64,000 nucleotides of DNA from Octopus vulgaris (GCA_951406725.2 OX597827.1:65162001-65226000), one strand, 5' to 3'; shown: positions 1-10,886, counted from the first letter of the stretch. The notes: a model not told the origin generated them from the sequence alone. A program made the numbers and translations.

Positions 1-1140
1 GGTATATTTGAAAACCAGCTGTTTATTTTGAATGTGTTTGTGCTGGGGTATTTTTTTTTTTTTCGTTTCTGTTCGTGTTAACATCTGTGTGTATGCGTGA
101 AGAATATGGTGTTTGTGTTAATGATTAAGTTTATGAGAATGTGTGAGTTTGTGCGTGGTTAATTTCGTTCATTCTATCGAGATTGCTTAACGAGTCCGCA
201 CGATGGTCTATTTGACAGACACGTCACTTAGAGCTCGAAGTTTCTCGTGTGAATAACAATTGATGTTTATTTCAAGAAAGTTATACGCTTTGTTTATTTT
301 TTTATTTTTTTCACATAGGCGTAAACTATGTATATTAATATATGTACTCACACGTATATATCAATATACCCATACACGTAGAAACCACTAGAAACGCAAA
401 CACACACGCGCGCATCCATACACACACAGAGACACACACACACGCACACATAAACACACACACAACACAAGCACATGCACAAACGCACACCCACACGCGT
501 GCACACACACAAACACATCCACCGACACACAAACACACAAACGTACAAATATGTAAATATGTATATACCTTTATAAAAACATGACACAACTATATACATA
601 TATATATGCTTGTGTGCGCGTGTGTATATTTGCGTGCGCTTTAGTGTGTGTATAAAATTTTGTGTAATTTCATATAAAGGTGGGTGTTTGTGTGGTCTCT
701 TTGTCTCTCTGTCTATCTGTCTGTCTGTCTCCCTCTGTATATATGTATATACAAATATGTGTGTATATATTTATATATATGCATATATTCATATATATAT
801 TTATATATATATGTATTTTTTATGTGTGTATATATATATACATATATATGTATGTATATTTATATATGTATATTTTTACATATAATTATATAATCACATA
901 ACTATATCACATAATATACATGGGTGTATAAATTTAGAGATAAGAATACATCTGCGTTTTCTCCATTTTTCTTTTCTATCTTCTCTTTCTATATGTTATC
1001 CATCTATGTACCTATCTGCTTGCTTGTCTGTCTGTGTGTCTGTCTGTCTACCATTCTCTCCATTTATCTATTTTGTAGCGTAGTATATACATATATATAC
1101 ATACATGCATACATACATATATATATTTACGCACACACAT

Positions 1141-1173
<33 letters not shown>

Positions 1174-1337
1174 GTATATATATATATACACATATAGACA
1201 CACATATATATATGTATTATGTACTTTTATATATCTATATCTATCCATGTATCTATCAACTTATCTATCTATCTATCTATACACAAACACACACATATGT
1301 AGATATATACATATCTACATACACATATATATATATG

Positions 1338-1395
<58 letters not shown>

Positions 1396-1488
1396 TATGT
1401 TAAATTTTAATTTATATAAATTATTTTATGTATTGGATTAAGTCTTTCTTTGTTTGATTTGCATAATAGTGATTTTGTCTCTAATTTG

Positions 1489-1524
<36 letters not shown>

Positions 1525-1626
1525 TATATATGCATATGCATATATATATACACCGAACAATTTAAGCAAATACTTGAATTTCCGTTAGAAGACGTCTATA
1601 TAAATATATGCATGTACTTACTCATG

Positions 1627-1667
<41 letters not shown>

Positions 1668-1941
1668 TTAGAGACAAAAACCACTATTATGCAAATCAAA
1701 CAAAGAAAGACTTAAGCCAATATATATATATATATATTCAAATATATATGTATAAATATATGAATGCAAATATAGATATGGGTATATGTTTATAAATGTA
1801 TACAGATATAAACATATGTAAATGGAGTTTCAGCGGGATAGTGTCTATAAATATATGCACATACACATTTAAGCACATAATCACATATGAGTATTATGTG
1901 TAAGTGCACATCATGTGTTATAAGTGTATATGTACATATCC

Positions 1942-1983
<42 letters not shown>

Positions 1984-2031
1984 AAACAAGTCAAAATAGA
2001 AAATGCTAAAATAATTTTATAGTGAACATTT

Positions 2032-2069
2032 CAGTACCGGTTTCGGTCATTTTAAGACCTTTTCAACTG
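2032..2069 (-). ncRNA. Minimal hammerhead-like motif (family A, inverted pLTR copy)
   Basis: The reverse complement reads cagTTGAAAAggtcttaaaatgaccGAAAccggTActg. Confidence 0.7.
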
Positions 2070-2264
2070 TAACGATTAAATAATTAAATTTAGAAAAATT
2101 AGAAGAAAAGTTTTTTTAAAGGAATATTTCTATAGTAGTGTTCAGATATAAGTGGCATTCTGCTTTTCTCTGACTAACTTGTTTGCACTTGTGTGTTGGA
2201 GGTCGTTGTGAATTCTTGATAGGGTAGAAGAAGAAGGCTGATGAGGAGATGGGGTGGGAACTCT

Positions 2265-2490
2265 GGGTGTCAAGAGCAGTACATAGGCCAAACAAAAAAT
2301 GGTTTGCGTAAACGAATGGCCCTGCACAGATCCCAGATAAAAATTCCCCAAAACAGAAAAATAGCTTTTAGCCAACACATAGATACTTGCGCCAACAAAA
2401 AAACACCAAGCTTCAGGATTTTCCCCCTCTACCAATTTAGGTACGATACAACTTCGAGACAACGAATAAGTAAAGAAACTCTATTACAAA
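2265..2490 (+). pseudogene. GIY-YIG endonuclease C-terminal fragment of a PLE
   Basis: Translation GCQEQYIGQTKNGLRKRMALHRSQIK...FSQHIDTC...QRISKE matches the CxxxYIGxT..LxxRxxxH pattern. Confidence 0.85.
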
Positions 2491-3275
2491 ATACAGGCCA
2501 CTTCTTAACGGGTCTACAGAATAAAAGAAATATACACACACAAATATTACATTCCAAAGAATCCATTACTAAATCCATAACATGCCAACTCCAAGTCATA
2601 CAACACCTCACTACTTTCACCCATTCATATTCTTGCTTCTCTGTTTTTTTCTTCTTCTTCCTCTTCTTCTTCATCATCATCATCATTATTATCATCATCG
2701 TCGTCATCATCATCACCACCATCATCATCATCATCGTCTTCTCCTTCTCCTTCTTCTTCTTCTTCATCATCATCATCATCAACATCGCCATCTTCTTCTT
2801 CTTCTTCTTCTTCTTCTTCTTCTTCTCCTTCTTCTTCTTCTTCTTCTTCTTCTTCTTCTTCTTCTTCTTCTTCTTCTTCTTCTTCTTCTTCTTCTTCTTC
2901 TTCTTCTTCTTCTTCTACTTCTCCACCTTCTACCTCTTAACTTTGTCACTAATGCTTTTTAGTATAACACCTACGCAATTTCCTTAAACAAGCCTTTCAA
3001 TAGAAATATTCTCCTGAATTGAACTGCGACTGCTAGCCGCCACTGACCATTCAAAATACGACCATCAGGGCACTCCCAGATTTTCCCACCCCCTCTCCTC
3101 ATCAGCCTTCTTCTTCTTCTACCCTATCAAGAATTCCCAACGACCTCCAACACACAAGTGCAAACAAGGGAGTCAGAGAAAGGCAGAATGCCACTTATAT
3201 CTGAACACTACTATAGAAATATTCCTTTAAAAAACTTTTCTTCTAATTTTTCTAAATTTAATTATTTAATCGTTA

Positions 3276-3313
3276 CAGTTGAAAAGGTCTCAAAATGACC
3301 GAAACCGGTACTG
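3276..3313 (+). ncRNA. Minimal hammerhead ribozyme-like motif, UUGAAAA core (family A)
   Basis: cag-TTGAAAA-ggtc(tcaaaat)gacc-GAAA-ccgg-TA-ctg gives stems I and II, a palindromic stem III (ACCGGT) and a GUA triplet. Confidence 0.7.
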
Positions 3314-3401
3314 AAATGTTCACTATAAAATTATTTTAGCATTTTCTATTTTGACTTGTTTTTACATATATATCAACTCGTGTGTTCCTTTTCACCCTTA
3401 T

Positions 3402-3438
<37 letters not shown>

Positions 3439-3540
3439 GATATACACACGCACACACACACACACACATATATATAGACACCTCACCCTCTTGTGCTGTC
3501 TTGTTCCTCCCCACCACAACGAAACTCTATAAAATGATTA

Positions 3541-3695
3541 AAATTCCCCACAAAGGAATTATTTTGATTTGAAAGCCCCACTAGAATGGGAGAAAGCGCT
3601 AATGATGTAAGTGATATGATATATATGTAAAATATGTAATATATAAATAAATATCTGTAAATATAAAACATCCGATCTTCTGATTACCTCACTTC

Positions 3696-3701
<6 letters not shown>
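3541..3701 (+). mobile_element. Solo pLTR-like cassette (family D) with a degenerate hammerhead-like motif
   Basis: Homologous to the 37585-37712 arm (TTGAAAGCCCCACTAGAATGGGAGAAAGCGCT ... ACTTCTTCTAA) and ends in (TA)n. Confidence 0.55.
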
Positions 3702-3727
<26 letters not shown>

Positions 3728-4149
3728 CACCTCTTTTGGGCGTCTTTGACCTTGTGCCTTTATGTGTGTTGTGCTGAATGAATTAAATTCTTATCGTGGA
3801 TATCTCATTTTAATTTGCAATACATCCACATCTGTCTATGTGGTTGAAATTTGGCTTTAGGCATCCTTTTTTTTTTCTCTTTTCCGATAATCACAAAATT
3901 TTAATGTATTACCAAATGTTTCACAATTTTCTTTGAAATGCTTTGTTTTTACAAAAGTGGAAAATATCTAAATTATTATATGCCCATTATATACTAGCTA
4001 AGTCTATGTCTATCTATTGATCAATGACCCTGACATTTCCCATATAAGGTTCGCAGGCCCGGTAAGTTTGTGTTTAGAAGACCTGTAGTCTTTCATGCAT
4101 GTCAGTATTCCCTACCGACGCCACGGATATTTAATCAAACTGAAATACA

Positions 4150-4553
4150 GGTGCAGGAGTGGCTGTGTGGTAAGAAGCCAGCTTACGAACCACATGGTTC
4201 GGGGTTTAATCCCACTGCGTGTCACCTTGGGCAAATGTCTTCTACTATAGCCTCGGGCCGACCAGATCCTTGTGAGTGGATGTGGTAGACGCAAACTGAA
4301 AGAAGCCCGTCGTATATATGTATATATGAATGTATGTGTGTGTGTATATGTTTGTGTGTCTGTGTTTGTCCCCTCAACAGCGCTTGACAACGGATGCTGG
4401 TGTGTTTACGTCCCCGTAACATAACGGTTCGGCAAAAGAGAGCGATAGAATGAGCACTAGGCTTCCAAAGTATAAGTCCTGGTGTTGATTTGGTCGACTA
4501 AAGGCAGTACTCCAGCATAGTCGCAGTTAAATGACTGAAACAAGTAAAAGAGT
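4150..4553 (+). mobile_element. tRNA-derived SINE, family S1, full length
   Basis: A box TGGCTGTGTGG, B-box-like GGTTTAATCCC, CORE-like ACCTTGGGCAA, an internal microsatellite and the tail AAATGACTGAAACAAGTAAAAGAG. About 15 copies occur in the window. Confidence 0.9.
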
Positions 4554-4907
4554 GAATACCATAAATAAATAAACGAAATTTGAATATATTATAGATTTAC
4601 GTATGCGTGTATGTGTGTGTGTGTATGTATGTTTCTCTATATGTATGTTTATATCCACATATTTATCTGTCTATCTACCAAACATATAATCGCCAGGGAA
4701 ATGCACCATTCTAAAAATTCCAGTAACTTGACAGAGATAGGAAACAGAAGTGTTCTTTACTCCCCCTAACGCCCAGTCTCAGCTGTTGCCCAAGCTGAAG
4801 AATATGAATGAAGCTCCTGTGATAAGGCTCCTGGAAACCTTCATTTTAGGGGTCTGTTACTGTCAAATGTCGTCCACGAAATAACTGCAGCATCGCAAAA
4901 AGTAAAA

Positions 4908-5047
4908 AAGAAGCTTGCTGCCCCAAAACGTGGTTGGGATTTCAGTCCCACTGCGTCCCACGTTCGGCAAGTGTCTTCTACTATTGCCTCGGGTCGACAA
5001 AAGACTTGTGAGTGGATTCAGTAGACTGAAAACTGAAAGAAGCCCGA
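4908..5047 (+). mobile_element. SINE S1, 5' fragment
   Basis: Homologous to the 5' half of 4150-4553. Confidence 0.75.
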
Positions 5048-5093
5048 TATATATATGTATAAGGATGAAAAGGAACACACGAGTAGATATATA

Positions 5094-5318
5094 TGAAAAA
5101 ACAAGTCAGGATAGAAAATGCTAAAATAATTTTATAAAGAACATTTCAGTACCAGTTTCAGTAATTGAGACCTTTTCAACTGTAACAATTAAATAATTAA
5201 ATTTAGAAAAATTAAAAGAAAAGTTTGTTTTAAAGAATATTTAAAGTATAGTGTTCAAATATAAGTGGCATTTTCCCTGTTTCTGCCTTTCTCTGTCTCT
5301 CTTGTTTATTCTTGTGGG
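5094..5318 (-). mobile_element. Solo family-A pLTR cassette
   Basis: Matches 1979-2210 and is flanked by TA tracts. The hammerhead-like motif at about 5147-5182 is partly mutated. Confidence 0.8.
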
Positions 5319-5341
5319 TATATATATATATATATATACAC

Positions 5342-5431
<90 letters not shown>

Positions 5432-5587
5432 AACAAAGCAACTGACAGGGTCACACACTCATGTAAACAAATAAAAACAGTCACAATTTCGTGCCGTATT
5501 CCTGCCTACACCGCATACCTCTCTGCGTATGTCCATTTATATTGTGACACAGTCCATTAGGAATCTATCAATGAGGATGTTCCACTT

Positions 5588-5698
<111 letters not shown>

Positions 5699-6032
5699 TA
5701 TCTATATATATAATTTTATTTAATTAACAGAAGTAGCTATAGTATCATAACGGACGTGAGCATACTAGTTCTCCGGTTCATACCAGCGTTTAGTGAAAAC
5801 CAAGTATATTAGTTTATCATCGAAACGTATAGATATTTAAAAAAAATATGAATGAAAAAGGTGAAGAAAATGGATAAAATGGACTTCCAGACTTTATCTA
5901 TTAAATACAGTCCAGTTCATACTGAGAAATTCTTGTCTACAGCTGTATGATAGGAATTTCTTTAGATAAATAACGTCTGTAAGTCAATTTTATACATTGT
6001 CTTCATTTTCCCATATATATATATATACATAC

Positions 6033-6090
<58 letters not shown>

Positions 6091-6092
<2 letters not shown>

Positions 6093-6259
6093 CGGGAAGC
6101 TTTATGAAAATAAACAAAAGACGAAGGCAGGTGGAAAACAAACGAACAATTGTATTAGTATGGCGCTCAGGAAATATAAATAAAACAAGTCTTTAACGTT
6201 TCGAGCCTACGCTCTTCAACAGAAAGATACACAGAGAGAAAAAAAACACAGAAAGAAGG

Positions 6260-6260
<1 letters not shown>
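6091..6260 (-). mobile_element. Family-B pLTR cassette (inverted copy of 9871-10039)
   Basis: Near-identical reverse complement of 9871-10039, with TA tracts on both sides. The hammerhead-like motif is at 6190-6227. Confidence 0.85.
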
Positions 6261-6290
<30 letters not shown>

Positions 6291-6493
6291 AGTAGTTGAA
6301 TGAATTATCTTATTATGGATAATACGAATTAACCGATACTTGGGTAACAAATTCACATCAGAAAAAACACGGTTGAAGCTACGTGCCTAGGGCATAGATT
6401 ACGTGCTTTCGTGTGGAAATTTGTATGTTTATTTTAAAAATATAAATATATGAAAGAATGGAGTTGAACGACGAATTAACAAAATTCCTTTAG

Positions 6494-6574
6494 TTTCGAC
6501 ATATGTTTCGAAGGCTGCATATTCCTAATTGCGAAGGAATGAGGAGTAAATTATGCCGCTTTCTCATCATGAAA
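6494..6574 (-). ncRNA. Hammerhead-like motif with a long stem II (family E), inside the TA-flanked block 6288-6640
   Basis: Reverse complement: tttc-ATGATGA-GAAAGCGGCATA...TATGCAGCCTTC-GAAA-CATATG-TC-gaaa. Stem II pairs at 10 of 12 positions, stem III is palindromic and the triplet is GUC. Confidence 0.65.
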
Positions 6575-6907
6575 AGCAAGGAACTTATGTCAACATCAAA
6601 ATGCACAAAAAATGATTGCTCACACGGAGCCCATAGCGATCTATATATATATATATATATATATATATGGTTGTATCGCACGTTCGACGTACGATATAAC
6701 GGGATAATAATAATGTCCTCGCAAAAAGTTCTGCTCAAGATACCAGTAATAACCCTTGACAAAACGAAACTCTCGGCTTTACTCTGCTGTGGACTCTCTG
6801 CGTATATATAAATTTATATTGTGACAGTCCATTAGGAGTCAAACAATGGGGATGTTCTACTTCCACACAACACACACACATATCTATATCTATTTATCTA
6901 TCCATCC

Positions 6908-6995
<88 letters not shown>

Positions 6996-6999
6996 ATCC

Positions 7000-7069
<70 letters not shown>

Positions 7070-7123
7070 ATATATATATATATATCTATCTATCTATCTA
7101 TCTACACACACATATATATATAT

Positions 7124-7487
7124 CTGTGTGGTAAGTAGCTTGCTAACCAACCACACGGTTGCGGGTTCAGTCCCACTGCGTGGCATCTTGGGCAAGTGTC
7201 TTCTACTATAGCCCCGGGCCGACCAATGCCTTGTGAGTGGATTTGGTAGACGGAAACTGAAAGAAGCCTGTCGTATATATGTATATATATGTATATGTGT
7301 GTGTTTGTGTGTCTGTGTTTGTGTTTGTCCCCCTAGTATTGCTTGACAACCGATGCTGGTGTGTTTACGTCCCCGTCACTTAGCGGTTCGGCAAAAAGAG
7401 ACCGATAGAATACGTACTAAAAGGTGGTGCTCCAGCATGGCCGCAGTCAAATGACTGAAACAAGTAAAAGAGTAAAAGAGTAAAGAG

Positions 7488-7488
<1 letters not shown>
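7124..7488 (+). mobile_element. SINE S1
   Basis: B box GGTTCAGTCCC, CORE-like segment and S1 tail with (GTAAAAGA)n. Confidence 0.9.
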
Positions 7489-7515
<27 letters not shown>

Positions 7516-7519
<4 letters not shown>

Positions 7520-7716
7520 ATCCAAACAAGAAAACACAAAAAAAAACGCAATAACGCGAGGACGTGGAACAAATATAGTATTATTGGACGCTCAGGAAAG
7601 AAGGAAAGAAGGAGGGTTTAACGTTTCGAGCGGAGCTCTTCGTCGAAAACATAGAAGGAAAGATCCAGAGAAGGGAAGACAGAGGAAAAAAATCGCCAAC
7701 AGTACACACGAGGTCA
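7516..7716 (-). mobile_element. Solo family-C pLTR cassette with a hammerhead-like motif (7616-7650)
   Basis: Homologous to 17068-17265 and TA-flanked. The reverse complement contains GTTT-TCGACGA-A-GAGC(TCC)GCTC-GAAACGTT-AAAC. Confidence 0.75.
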
Positions 7717-7990
7717 TATATATATATATGTCTATTTATAGTGAAGAGATGACACAATATCGGTAAAGAAGGGGGAGAGATTTGAAAAGAAAATACGAAA
7801 CTGGTTATTTCTCCCAAAACAATGTTACTATACAGAACATTTTATAACATCTTTCTAACATAATGATTTAAATACATTTATTAACCATATAACACAAGAC
7901 TTCTGTAGCCTTTTCACCCTTTTTTGTCTTTTATACATTTAGCCACTTGCCTCACATACCAACTCTCTCTCTATATATATATGTATCTCC

Positions 7991-9034
7991 CACATCCACG
8001 ATACCAACCATGCTCTCCGGCTTTTCAACTCTTTCTCCTTTCCTCCCGGCTCCTCCAAAATCCTTTTTACTATGGACATCCAAAGCCTCTATACTGTTAT
8101 CCCTCACCACGAAGGACTGCAGGCCCTTCGACACTTTCTTGACCTCCGCTCTAACCCTGTACCTGACACCTCCACACTCATTCGTCTGGCCGAACTTGTC
8201 CTTACTCTGAACTGCTTCTCGTTCGCGGGCGAGTTCTACCATCAGGTCTCGGGAGTGGCCATGGGAACGCGAATGGGCCCCAACTATGCGAACCTGTTCG
8301 TTGGCTATGTTGAGGCCCAAATATTCTCTAATTTCACTGGTCCCACTCCTGAACTATATGGTCGTTACATTGACGACATTATCGGTGCCACCTCACTCTC
8401 CCGCGAACATCTAGATTCCTTCCTCTCTTTCGTCCAATCTTTCCATCCAGCCCTCCACTTCACTTCCACTATCTCCAACACCTCTGTCTCCTTCCTCGAC
8501 ATTTCGGTTAGCATTCTTCACTCCACTCTTACCACCTCCATTCACTACAAACACACAGACTCACACTCATACCTCAACTTCTCTTCCTCCAACCCAGAAC
8601 ACACCAAGCTTTCCATCCCCTATTCCCAATTCCTCCGTCTACGTAGGCTCTGTAGTGACGACCATGACTTTGAGACTCAGTCTCAACGTATGGCTCACCA
8701 CTTCACCCTACGTGGATACCCCCTCACCACTATCCACACCGCTCTTGCCAGAGCACGGTCCGTGGACCGTGTATCTGCTCTCTCTCCCCGAACCCGCCCT
8801 GTAGTCTCCCGCCTCCCTTTTCCCCTCACTTACCACCCCACGACCCTACGTCTCCAACGCACCATTCTTCGAGCTTTCCGTCATCTCCAGTCCGACCCGT
8901 CCACTTCACACCTCTTCCCTAACCGACCCCTCCCCTCTTTCAAACGAGCCCACAACCTTCGAGACCTTTTGGTCCATAGCTCCTTCCCTGACCCTACCTC
9001 CCTACCTCCCGTTTGCGCCGTGAACAGGAATTAA
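7991..9034 (+). pseudogene. PLE reverse transcriptase (core and thumb), open frame but truncated at both ends
   Basis: HIHDTNHAL..LFTMDIQSLYTVIPH, QVSGVAMGTRMGPNYANLF, YGRYIDD, VSFLDI, SIPYSQFLRLRRLCS and NLRDLLVHS are typical PLE RT motifs. The frame is open upstream of the annotated ATG at 8072. Confidence 0.93.
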
Positions 9035-9072
9035 TCTTCTCTCTTCGCTCTTATACGCCATTTGGTCTCAAC
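9010..9072 (+). pseudogene. Last residues of the PLE GIY-YIG domain, in a different frame
   Basis: RLRREQELIFSLRSYTPFGLN matches the RxxRE..I..L....P.GLN terminus of PLE endonucleases. Confidence 0.75.
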
Positions 9073-9439
9073 CCCCCCCCCCCCTCCTCATCTAACCCCC
9101 CTCTCCCCCTCCTCACCTATCCTTTCCCCCCGACCCCTACTTCTTCAGTCCTTCATCCTTTCACCCCTACTCCCCTTCCCTTCTTCCCTCTTTCTCCCTC
9201 CCTCTTCCCCTTCCCTCTGCTCCCTCACTCCCTCTCTCCCCTCTCCCTCTTTCCTCCTTCATCCCCCTCCTCCCCCCTCCTCTCCTCTTCCCCCCGCCTC
9301 CCCCTCTTCTTCCCCTCCCCTTCTCTCCTCCCTCTTCTCCCCATCCCCCTCTTCTCCTCACTACACCACATGACTTTACACATCACATCACATATGATGT
9401 GCCATACTAATACACACACCAACTAATACATACTAATAC

Positions 9440-9735
9440 GTACTAATACATACTAGTACATAGTAATACATACACCAACCCTATACATACACACGTCCAG
9501 ACCCCGCATACGCACTTATACTCTCTCATACACACACACACACACACTTATACATACCAATACGTACTAATACATACTAATACATACACCAACCCCATAT
9601 ATACGCACGTCCAGACCAATCCTACGCACTAATACTCTCTCATACACACACACACACACACACACACCCTTATACATACTAATACATACACCAACCCTAT
9701 ATATACACACATCCAGACCCCTCCTACGCACTATT
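9440..9735 (+). repeat. Minisatellite in the PLE 3' UTR, about 2.5 units of about 115 bp
   Basis: ACTAATACATACACCAACCC...TCCAGACC...TACGCACT recurs three times. Confidence 0.75.
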
Positions 9736-9902
9736 AGCTGGTCCCTCAATCCTTTATCAACCCTATTATCTCCCCTTATTTCGCTCTCGCGTCTCATGTT
9801 TGATCTTTGACCTTTGGCCGAAATCAGATCGCCATGTTGATTCGTTAGCTACTGCACGCATTTTTTTCTCTCCTTCTTTCTGTGTTTTTCTCTCTCTGTG
9901 TA

Positions 9903-9940
9903 TCTTTCTGTTGAAGAGCGTAGGCTCGAAACGTTAAAGA
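9903..9940 (+). ncRNA. Minimal hammerhead-like motif, CUGUUGA core (family B)
   Basis: TCTTT-CTGTTGA-A-GAGC(GTAG)GCTC-GAAA-CG-TT-AAAGA, with the palindrome AACGTT as stem III. Confidence 0.65.
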
Positions 9941-10037
9941 CTTGTTTTATTTATATTTCCTGAGCGCCATACTAATACAATTGTTCGTTTGTTTTCCACC
10001 TGCCTTCGTCTTTTGTTTATTTTCATAAAGCTTCCCG

Positions 10038-10119
<82 letters not shown>

Positions 10120-10125
10120 GTATAT

Positions 10126-10345
10126 GTGTATATTGTGTGGATTTGTGTCTGTGTCTGTCACACCGTCAGAACTTATCAATCGGTATTGGTGTCTTTACGT
10201 TCCTCTAAATGTGTAAATTAGCGGTTCGGCAAAGAGACACCGATAGAATAATTATTATACTCAAGAATCAGTTACTGGGGTAAATTTATTCGACTAAAGC
10301 CTTCAGGCGCTGCCTCAGCATGACCGCAATCTAAAGAAAGATAAA
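10126..10345 (+). mobile_element. SINE S1, diverged 3' half
   Basis: TTAGCGGTTCGGCAAAGAGACACCGATAGAAT and CAGCATGACCGCA motifs. Confidence 0.7.
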
Positions 10346-10351
10346 GCGATA

Positions 10352-10391
<40 letters not shown>

Positions 10392-10406
10392 ATATATATA
10401 TATATA

Positions 10407-10467
<61 letters not shown>

Positions 10468-10473
10468 ATGTAT

Positions 10474-10886
10474 ACTCTTTTACTCTTTTACTTGTTTCAG
10501 TTATTTGACAGCGGCCATGCTGGAGCAGCGCCTTTAGTCGAGCAAATCGACCCCAGGACTTATTCTTTGTAAGCCTAGTACTTATTCTATCGATCTCTTT
10601 TTCCGAACCGCTAAGTTACGGGGACATAAACACACCAGCATCGGTTGTCGAGCGCTGTTAAGGGGACAAACACAGACACACAAACATATACACACACATA
10701 CACATATATATATACATATATACGATGGGCTTCTTTCAGTTTCCGTCTAACAAATCTATTAACAAGGCTTTGATCGGCCTGAGGCTATAAGTAGAAGACA
10801 CTTGCTCAAGGTGCCGCGCAGTGGGACTGAACCTGGAACCATGTGGCTGGTAAGCAAGCTACGTACCACACAGCCACTCCTGCGCC
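10474..10886 (-). mobile_element. SINE S1, full length
   Basis: Reverse complement of the S1 pattern from GGCGCAGGAGTGGCTGTGTGG to the tail. Confidence 0.9.

Larger units (their letters stand above)
1979..3366 (+). mobile_element. 5'-truncated Penelope-like element (family A) with an inverted 5' pLTR, inserted in (TA)n
   Basis: 1979-2260 is the near-perfect reverse complement of 3083-3366 (about 280 bp). The enclosed sequence has a GIY-YIG remnant and a 3' UTR with (ATC)n/(TTC)n. Both outer ends abut TA tracts. Confidence 0.85.
7985..10039 (+). mobile_element. 5'-truncated, internally deleted Penelope-like retroelement (family B)
   Basis: RT reading frame, GIY-YIG C-terminal tail, pyrimidine-rich 3' UTR and a terminal pLTR with a hammerhead-like motif. 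It starts and ends at TA tracts. Confidence 0.9.

Noticed and set aside
180-235. Possible hammerhead (CTTAACGAGTC...GACAGACACGTC)
   Set aside because: Too many deviations in the core and GAAA to support from one copy.
2490-2987. Apparent hydrophobic or membrane C-terminus of the 248-aa ORF
   Set aside because: Read-through into (ATC)n/(TTC)n of the element's 3' UTR.
7991-9034. RT as telomerase, retron or a domesticated host gene
   Set aside because: The motifs, GIY-YIG tail, pLTR and 5' truncation at a TA tract all indicate a Penelope-like retroelement copy.
9400-9735. CRISPR-like repeat spacing
   Set aside because: The intervening sequences are also repeated. It is a minisatellite in a eukaryotic retroelement with no cas genes.
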